From the NCBI GenBank assembly GCA_045105515.1, contig JBGCDR010000258.1, forward strand, positions 1 through 14,258: a stretch of DNA of 14,258 nt. Direction: 5' to 3'. Position 1 is the first letter of the stretch, and every line of letters starts with the position of its first letter. The notes under the pieces were generated by a model. That model ran no database searches, was not told where the DNA came from, and saw only the letters and a list, made by a program, of their open reading frames with translations. Made by a program: the position numbers and the translations under genes. This DNA comes from Oligoflexales bacterium. Lineage in GTDB: Bacteria; Bdellovibrionota_B; Oligoflexia; Oligoflexales; Bog-1112. Of this stretch, positions 8,059 through 14,258 are shown in pieces.

Positions 8059-10905
8059 ATGTTAATTAGAAAAAGCGTGAAAAAACTATTGTTTGTTTCG
8101 AGCTTCAGTTTGTTGTTTTTATGGACTACTTATCACTATTTAGGCGGAGGGGTTTTGGCAAAGGATTACAGAGATTATCAGCAGTTACAAGGCGGAGCAG
8201 CATTGAACCTTGATAACTTGACCCCTATTCACAGTAAGACCGAAAGGCGGAGCATTACTCTGCCTAATAATGTCCAGGTCTTGCTAATTTCCAACCCAGA
8301 TCGTTCCAAAGCTTCTGCGGCATTAGATGTTAAGGTCGGATCTTTGGCAGAGCCTGAGAAGTTTCCAGGTTTAGCTCATTTTTTGGAACACTTGCTTTTT
8401 TTAGGAACAGGCAAATATCCCGAAGTTGATGGCTATAAGAAGCATATTGAGAAATTCCAAGGAAGTCATAATGCTTTTACTAGCCGTGAAAATACAAACT
8501 ATCATTTCAGCATAAACCATGAAGGCTATGAGGAAGGCCTAGATCGCTTTGCCCAGTTTTTTATTGATCCTGCCTTTCATCCTGAGTTTGTGGACAAAGA
8601 AAGAAAAGCTGTCAATGATGAAGCGGTAATGCTGAAAAATAAGGACATATGGAAGCGTATGATTTTGCTTTCGCGCCTTATGGATCCCAAACATGCTTTT
8701 TCTCGCTATCATCCTGGGGACTTGGGAACCTTGAAGGATATCGGGCGAGAAGATGTACTTGAATTTTATCGCAACTTTTATTCTGCGAGTGACATGAGTT
8801 TGGTCTTAGATTCCCGCGAGAGCTTGGATTCGATGGAAGCTTGGGCCAGAAAAATGTTTTCTAGCATTCCTGATCGCGGGAAAAAGCGTCCCAGTTACCA
8901 ATCGCAACTATTCAAACCCGAAGATCTGCCCTTATTGATAGAAGTGAGCCCGCTAAAATCCGAGAGAAAATTGATACTTCAATTTGGCATGGGTCCATTA
9001 GATGAGCTTTGGGAATCTAAACCTGATAGGCTTTTAAGTCACCTAATTGGCCATGAAGGAGCCGGTTCACTATTATCTTTGTTGAAGCATGAGCAGCTAG
9101 CCTTTAGTCTTTCTGCGGGTTTCGAACAACATAGTTTTGCAACGGTGTGTGAGGTTAATATCGAGCTGACCGAAAAAGGGAGTAAAGAGTACCTAAAAGT
9201 GCTTGAATACTTCTTTTCTTATATCAAGCTCTTGCAGCAAGAAGGGCTGCCGCAATACCTTTTCGATGAGGTAGCAAAAATGGCTCACACCGATTATCTT
9301 CATGCTAATGACAATGGAGCAGATGGTGGTCAGCATGCTATTTTTATAGCGCAGTATATGGACAAATATCCAGTAAACACCACAGATCAGCGTATGCGAC
9401 TATTTTACAAATATGATCCGCAGGGGTTTAATGATGTTTTGAGTTACTTGGTCCCTGAGAATCTCGTACTGATGCATTCTCAACCAAAAGCCCAGACAAG
9501 TTTGCTCGAAAAAGATTTTAATACTTCTTATTCAAGACTTGAAGCGTCGCCAGAACTCTTGAAGACTTGGAAAGAAGTAAAATTACATGACAAGTTAAAG
9601 CTACCCGAGCCCAACCCTTATATTCCCGAAATCAAGCAAGCTCAGCAAAGGGAAGCTTCGGAGCCTGAGCAGTTGATCTATAATGAATGGGGGAGTTTCT
9701 GGGTAAGAAAAGACCATATAACTAATGAACCAAAAATAAAATTAAGGTTGCTGCTATTAACGCCTGAAGCAAACAAAACCCCAAGCAGTAAGGTCTTGAC
9801 CCAGCTTTATCTTATGGGGCTCAAAGATGCATATAATGAGTGGAAGTATCAGCTAGACTTGGCAGGGGTCAGTTTTCATGTGCTTGCAAGTCATCGTGGT
9901 ATTGAGCTGATCATCGAAGGCTATGCAGATAAAGCGAACCTTGTCGTTGAGTCCTTGGCACAAAAACTCAAGGAAAGCCCGCTAACCCTGGATAAGTTAG
10001 AAATTTTTAAGGCGAAGTTGACTGAGAGTTATGAGAATATTCTCAAAGAAAACCCATACCAACTAGCTTTCTATGAGCTTAGACATTTTCTCACTCCTGG
10101 GTCAATTTCCTTTCGCGAAATCTACGAAGCTGAGAAAGGTATTAACTTGATAAGCGGTGTGGATCGCGAACAAATTTTAGCTCAGCGTGACAAACTTTAC
10201 GAGCGTATTGCTATTGAGGGCAGTGCTTATGGGGATATTGAAAAGAAAGAGCTACAAAAAAGCATTGAACGTTCAATTAAGCTACTTGGTTCAAAACCTC
10301 TACCAGCTGAAGAAAGGTCTGGCAATCTTAGTCTTGAGCTGGATAGTCTGCATCGTAAATCCTTTGAAACGAAGCTTGATAATCACTGCTGGGTACAAGT
10401 TATTCAATTTGGTGGACGGGATCCACGTTTAGACGCTGGAATCAGTGTAGGTTTGGCCTATTTGGAACCACATTTTTTTAATAGCCTGAGAACTGTTAGG
10501 AAAATGGGATATGTGGTTTCCAGCTCCAAGTACAACACTAAAAATCGTTTAGGTCTGTATTTTTTGGTGCAATCTTCAAGTCATTCACCTACTGAAATCG
10601 AGAAGGAAGTATCTGATTGGAAAGCATCAGCTTTAGAAGCCCTGAAAAGCTTGTCAAAAGAAGAATTTGAAGTTTATAAAGCTGCGGTGGTCGCAGATCT
10701 TATACAAGAGAAAAAAGAATTAGGTCCATTATTTCACGAATTAGATGCTGGAGCTTATGATCTGGAAGGTAATTTCCAGTACCGCAAGCAGGTGGCAGAG
10801 CAAGCTCAGCAGCTCAGTTTGGAAGAAGTACGCAATCTATTTTCTAAACATTTGCTGGCAAAAGAACCATCGGCTTTGAACATTTCTATCCTATCTAATC
10901 CATAG
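8059..10905 (+). CDS. Pitrilysin/insulinase-like zinc metallopeptidase (M16A), exported
   Basis: Inverted zincin motif GLAH107FLEH111LLFLG, NAFT, ERKAVNDE, LIGHEGAGSL, LPEPNPYIP and FFNSLRT..MGYVV. Length of 948 aa is typical of protease III/IDE. N-terminal hydrophobic signal or anchor. Confidence 0.95.
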   Translation: MLIRKSVKKLLFVSSFSLLFLWTTYHYLGGGVLAKDYRDYQQLQGGAALNLDNLTPIHSKTERRSITLPNNVQVLLISNPDRSKASAALDVKVGSLAEPEKFPGLAHFLEHLLFLGTGKYPEVDGYKKHIEKFQGSHNAFTSRENTNYHFSINHEGYEEGLDRFAQFFIDPAFHPEFVDKERKAVNDEAVMLKNKDIWKRMILLSRLMDPKHAFSRYHPGDLGTLKDIGREDVLEFYRNFYSASDMSLVLDSRESLDSMEAWARKMFSSIPDRGKKRPSYQSQLFKPEDLPLLIEVSPLKSERKLILQFGMGPLDELWESKPDRLLSHLIGHEGAGSLLSLLKHEQLAFSLSAGFEQHSFATVCEVNIELTEKGSKEYLKVLEYFFSYIKLLQQEGLPQYLFDEVAKMAHTDYLHANDNGADGGQHAIFIAQYMDKYPVNTTDQRMRLFYKYDPQGFNDVLSYLVPENLVLMHSQPKAQTSLLEKDFNTSYSRLEASPELLKTWKEVKLHDKLKLPEPNPYIPEIKQAQQREASEPEQLIYNEWGSFWVRKDHITNEPKIKLRLLLLTPEANKTPSSKVLTQLYLMGLKDAYNEWKYQLDLAGVSFHVLASHRGIELIIEGYADKANLVVESLAQKLKESPLTLDKLEIFKAKLTESYENILKENPYQLAFYELRHFLTPGSISFREIYEAEKGINLISGVDREQILAQRDKLYERIAIEGSAYGDIEKKELQKSIERSIKLLGSKPLPAEERSGNLSLELDSLHRKSFETKLDNHCWVQVIQFGGRDPRLDAGISVGLAYLEPHFFNSLRTVRKMGYVVSSSKYNTKNRLGLYFLVQSSSHSPTEIEKEVSDWKASALEALKSLSKEEFEVYKAAVVADLIQEKKELGPLFHELDAGAYDLEGNFQYRKQVAEQAQQLSLEEVRNLFSKHLLAKEPSALNISILSNP

Positions 10906-10940
10906 CAAAAATTTAGATTCCTCTCCCAACTTTTTTCATT

Positions 10941-10978
10941 CGCAAACACCTATTTGCGCCTCCCTTTATAAGGGAGGC
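10941..10978. terminator. Tandem hairpins downstream of the M16 gene (possible terminator or stabilising element)
   Basis: CGCAAA-cacctA-TTTGCG (10941-10958) abuts the perfect 9-bp stem GCCTCCCTT-tat-AAGGGAGGC (10958-10978). There is no canonical U-tract on either side. Confidence 0.4.
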
Positions 10979-11174
10979 TGACGGACCATGAAGAATTATG
11001 CTTACTTTTGTCAAAATTTATGAAGCTCCTATTACCGATGGCGATTTTTTTAGGCTCGATAAGTATTTAAATATCAGGGTGATAAGCCAATTATTATGAT
11101 TTTGGCAAAGTTCTACCGATAATATATTTAATCAGGAATTAATATCATAAATTTGATTATGACAAGGAAAGTAG

Positions 11175-11891
11175 ATGTCATTTCATCAACTCTTGGAAAA
11201 TAAAATCGTTCAGACCTCTGCAAATCATTGGTTTAATAACAAGGGATTAAATTTTGCTGATTTATATGATGTTACCCAAAAACTGACTCATATTTATGGA
11301 GTCTCACATCAGTGGGAAGTGATGCCTTTTATAAAATTAAGATTCTTTCCAACAGTTTTTAAACGCTACTTTGAAAAGTGGTTACAAACATCCAAGCGCT
11401 ATCTGGCAATTCCAGCTGGTACCAATCGTCACTGGACTTACATATTAGTTGACCGTAAATCGAAAGTCATTGAACACTGGGATGGGATTGGTAACAAAAA
11501 AGCTCTTCATCATCCTCAAACTCAGTTTATAATAAAGCTCGCATTGGTCTATCTAAAGAAGTATCTTGGCAAGTCTTTTCGAGTTATTAATCAAGTCAAT
11601 ATATGTCATCAATATCGAGATAAAAACTGTGGGTTATATGCTATCCGGTTTATGGAAGAAAAAATGAAAGGATTGAGGTCAGAGAGTATATCTTTAAATC
11701 TTAATTATGACATTGAAAGCTATAAATCAAGATTTCATTGGATTAGATGCTCTTCCTTTAAAGTCGTTAAAACCAATAGGAAATCCTTTATGCGCCAGCA
11801 CTTTTGCTTTAGGCCTCAATATGAAAAGTTACCCCGCTTTAGTTATTCTCGAATTAAGTTCTATCTATTTTCATTGCACCACAACTTCTAA
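11175..11891 (+). CDS. Ulp1/C48-like (CE clan) cysteine protease; putative deSUMOylase/deubiquitinase-like
   Basis: H86W in NRHWTYILVD, D103 in IEHWDG, and Q146-x5-C152G in QYRDKNCGLYA follow the order and spacing of the CE-clan His-Asp-Gln-Cys set (cf. HW...YYDS...QxNxxDCG). AAGGA SD before the ATG. No signal peptide. Confidence 0.75.
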   Translation: MSFHQLLENKIVQTSANHWFNNKGLNFADLYDVTQKLTHIYGVSHQWEVMPFIKLRFFPTVFKRYFEKWLQTSKRYLAIPAGTNRHWTYILVDRKSKVIEHWDGIGNKKALHHPQTQFIIKLALVYLKKYLGKSFRVINQVNICHQYRDKNCGLYAIRFMEEKMKGLRSESISLNLNYDIESYKSRFHWIRCSSFKVVKTNRKSFMRQHFCFRPQYEKLPRFSYSRIKFYLFSLHHNF

Positions 11892-12029
11892 GCTTTTAGA
11901 TCGATTTAATAGGTCAAGGATTGCTGAAATTAGCACTTACTAGAATGCCATACTACGGCCACGTAAACACGCCATGAAATGAATCTTAAGCTCCGAACGT
12001 CTAAAGGGTTTCATTTTTTATGGAGAGAT

Positions 12030-13196
12030 CTACGGGTTAAGCAGTTTTTCCAGCTCTGCCTTAACAACCGCTAGTTTTGGGCGCTGCTCCGGCACTCTAG
12101 CTGTCATACCTCCAATCAATTCTTCAAATTTTCTGAAAGCATCAATGCCATGAATCTTGTCTTCACCTATCTCTTTGATTCTTGAATCTATATGTTCCAT
12201 TACATTAGCATTGATCCATTGATTATATACTTGGGTTGGAAGGATGCGCTCATCTTTTCCATCTTTATTAACAAACCTTCCCATAATTTTATAATAGTCA
12301 GGTCCAAATATTTGTTTTAAAAATGGACCTCTGGCTAAGGAAAAGACTGTAGCCGACTCTAATTGATCGGCAGTTAGCTGCTTACGAACCTTAGGATACT
12401 GAAAATTGATCCTTCCATCTGGCTCAACAATCTTCCCGTTAACGCGGCCCTGAAATTCTGGAGGAATAGATTCTACCCGTGCATTTTTAAATGCTACTGG
12501 CGGGGTGACCCCTGCTGCGACAGAAAGAGTCACTACTTTATTTTCAGCACTATCAAACCTTATTTCGTGTAGATCTGCTATTGACACAGTCTTTTTCTTA
12601 TTGACAGAATACCTAACAGATTCCAATACTGGAAAAAATTTTTTTCCAGCACTAGATCTCTTGATCAGATGTTCAGTCATTGAATTCAATGCAAACCCAG
12701 GATCGAGATAGTCATTAATTAATCTTTTTGGATTAAAAATTATCAAATCATCTCTAACAATATATAAATCATCTCCTGCCCCAAGCTTATCGATTTTATT
12801 TTTAAGGCTATCTCTGAATTTTAAAGCATAAAATCTTGAAAAAGCTTCCGAGTCAGTCTCATCAAAAAGTTTTGCTTTTACTGTGATCAATCCAGGTGCA
12901 CCTCCAGTATTGCCACTAGCAGGCTCAACTATAAATTCATCTTTATTATTTAGCTCTTCAAAAGTTGGATTGCGATTTCTTTGTGGCAAAGAATCATGAA
13001 TTTCATCATAAACATTTTTATTTTTCCTTCCAAAAAATTTGTTCGCAAATCCAGTCAGTTGCATACCTTCTCTTTGATAATACCCTCTAGTATTAAGATA
13101 TTCATAAAAAATATTTAAATCACTAGACTCTGTATATATCTTCAATCTGTTTTCATCTAAAACACAGATTTCTCCTTTAAATATGGGGGGGGGTGC
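12030..13196 (-). CDS. C-terminal part of a frameshifted lipoprotein (hypothetical protein)
   Basis: The ORF track starts at TTG 13145, but the frame stays open upstream to 13196 (A-P-P-P-I-F-K-G-E-I-C-V-L-D-E-N-R-L-K-I-Y...), across the C9 run that lies near the end of the upstream ORF. No domain recognised. Confidence 0.6.
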   Translation of the reverse strand, partial: APPPIFKGEICVLDENRLKIYTESSDLNIFYEYLNTRGYYQREGMQLTGFANKFFGRKNKNVYDEIHDSLPQRNRNPTFEELNNKDEFIVEPASGNTGGAPGLITVKAKLFDETDSEAFSRFYALKFRDSLKNKIDKLGAGDDLYIVRDDLIIFNPKRLINDYLDPGFALNSMTEHLIKRSSAGKKFFPVLESVRYSVNKKKTVSIADLHEIRFDSAENKVVTLSVAAGVTPPVAFKNARVESIPPEFQGRVNGKIVEPDGRINFQYPKVRKQLTADQLESATVFSLARGPFLKQIFGPDYYKIMGRFVNKDGKDERILPTQVYNQWINANVMEHIDSRIKEIGEDKIHGIDAFRKFEELIGGMTARVPEQRPKLAVVKAELEKLLNP

Positions 13197-13638
13197 TTAA
13201 TTCTGGAAAATTTTCTAACGTTATATTTTTTTTACTCAATAACATGTGGATGTTGTTTGAAAAATCTACCTGCTGACTCACAAGTGTAGCTTCATAACAT
13301 CCATCTAAAACGTTATTATTACTGTACGTTAGTTTCCCTTGGTCATTAAACGTTACAATACTTACTTGGGAATCAACCAATTTGTTGTAGTCATCTATTG
13401 TAAAGTCAGATTGCGGAAAAGTGGTATTCATTCTTATGTCAGGGTCAAAATGTAATTTAAACTCCTGAGGTTCGATATCCGGGCGGGAGGCTAAAAGAGT
13501 TATATTGGCTTTATTCTTCTCTTTCGCATGGTCTTGATTATCACTGATGTTTTGGTTGCTATTTTCTTTTTGTGAAGTTTTGCAAGAAATAACAACTATG
13601 AGGGTAAAGTAAATCAGAAAAAAATATCTAAAACTCAT
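13177..13638 (-). CDS. Lipoprotein of unknown function; N-terminal part of the gene frameshifted at the C9 tract
   Basis: ATG 13638 follows an AGGTGG SD. Signal peptide with lipobox VISC19-KT, then a polar linker. The ORF stops shortly after a C9 run (agc acc ccc ccc cat att taa). Confidence 0.75.
   Translation of the reverse strand: MSFRYFFLIYFTLIVVISCKTSQKENSNQNISDNQDHAKEKNKANITLLASRPDIEPQEFKLHFDPDIRMNTTFPQSDFTIDDYNKLVDSQVSIVTFNDQGKLTYSNNNVLDGCYEATLVSQQVDFSNNIHMLLSKKNITLENFPELSTPPHI
13185..13193 (-). repeat. C9 homopolymer (G9 on +) at a frameshift junction
   Basis: Nine consecutive G on + in an otherwise very AT-rich region, inside the overlap between two reading frames that differ by +1. 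Confidence 0.85.
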
Positions 13639-13670
13639 TATTACCACCTGTAAATTTTTAATTTATCCAT

Positions 13671-13697
13671 CTATCGGATCATATTAAATTTAACTAA
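13671..13697 (-). promoter_or_regulatory. Putative sigma28-like promoter for the lipoprotein gene
   Basis: Minus strand reads TTAG-N15-TCCGATAG (13697..13671), about 33 nt upstream of ATG 13638. The CCGATA core matches the FliA -10 box. Confidence 0.35.
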
Positions 13698-13720
13698 AAT
13701 AACAGATGAGTATTCTCAAA

Positions 13721-14122
13721 CTAACTATCATTGCCGAAAGTAATATTGGGAATATTTAATATCTTGTCTCTAATTTTTTTTATTATTTTAGATTTTTTGT
13801 TTTCTCTTATATAAATAAATGAACGGCTGTAAATTCTATCAATTATAGAATTTGCTTTTACACTTAATTCCCACGCATGATATGGATCTCTAATTCTAAC
13901 TACTTTTTCATTTCCAGCAACGTCTACACTATCAACTATTATGACGTGAAACCCAATATTGTCGTCATCTACCTGCACAATAATAGGACCTTTAGTTTTT
14001 AATTTCATTTCAAGTTCAAAAAGACTTGGTTTCGATCTAGAAATATTAAAATACTCCATACCTGCTTTTAGCTTATTATTTCCTAAGTCTCTCAAAATAT
14101 CGTCAAAGAAGCCAAAAGATCT
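13721..14122 (-). pseudogene. N-terminally truncated papain-like (C39-like) cysteine protease fragment
   Basis: GPIIVQV...GFHVIIVD...VRIRDPYHAW carries the His and Asp motifs of papain-fold peptidases. The frame opens only after TAG at 14125-14123, and the translated ORF contains no Cys, so the catalytic Q..C segment is missing. Confidence 0.6.
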
Positions 14123-14258
14123 CTAGTTTGGACAAAAAAAACTCTCAAATCATGCAGCGCGATATCGCCGAATTAAAGCTACCTAATATTTTACTTTCCC
14201 GCGACAATCCATTGGAAATAGAATTGAGCAAAATAAAATCAACCGGTGAGAGATTTTT

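Noticed and set aside
10187..10432. 81-aa alternate-frame ORF
   Set aside because: Nested inside the M16 peptidase gene.
11707..11943. 78-aa overlapping ORF, considered as a frameshifted C-terminus of the C48 protease
   Set aside because: The catalytic domain is complete before this point, and no slippery tract or motif supports a frameshift.
12505..12711. 68-aa antisense ORF
   Set aside because: Antisense to a long minus-strand ORF, with no supporting signals.
13157..13177. AAGGAG SD suggesting independent translation of the 12030 ORF
   Set aside because: The correctly spaced GTG gives only GTG-TTT-TAG, the next ATG closes after four codons, and the in-frame TTG is too far away; best read as coding sequence (K-G-E) of the fused gene.
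1..14258. CRISPR arrays, tRNAs, IS elements/transposases, integrases, defence operons
   Set aside because: No regularly spaced repeats, cloverleaf motifs, DDE or recombinase motifs, or terminal inverted repeats were seen by eye.

Overview
Bacterial chromosomal window, AT-rich at both ends, with no rRNA, tRNA, CRISPR array or recognisable mobile element. It encodes: a REC-domain protein with a degenerate HPt-like tail (probably a truncated hybrid kinase), a TMEM43/DUF1625-like membrane protein, a secreted CX5R (CKTGIDR) phosphatase-like protein, a lipoprotein subtilase (S8), a secreted DUF547 protein, a CheY-like regulator, a pitrilysin-like M16A peptidase, a Ulp1/CE-clan-like cysteine protease, a lipoprotein split into two ORFs at a C9 homopolymer, and an N-terminally truncated papain-like protease. 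The best candidates for something new are three. (1) An unannotated minus-strand unit at about 3935-4300, with an A14 tract, a sigma28-like promoter, several hairpins, a perfect SD lacking a start codon, and a strong terminator; it is either an sRNA or an eroded gene. (2) A poly-C switch that would fuse 13638..12030 into one 535-aa lipoprotein. (3) A cluster of enzymes resembling eukaryote-targeting effectors, some preceded by sigma28-like -10 boxes. Gene style suggests a Bdellovibrionota/Oligoflexia-like organism, but that is inference only.
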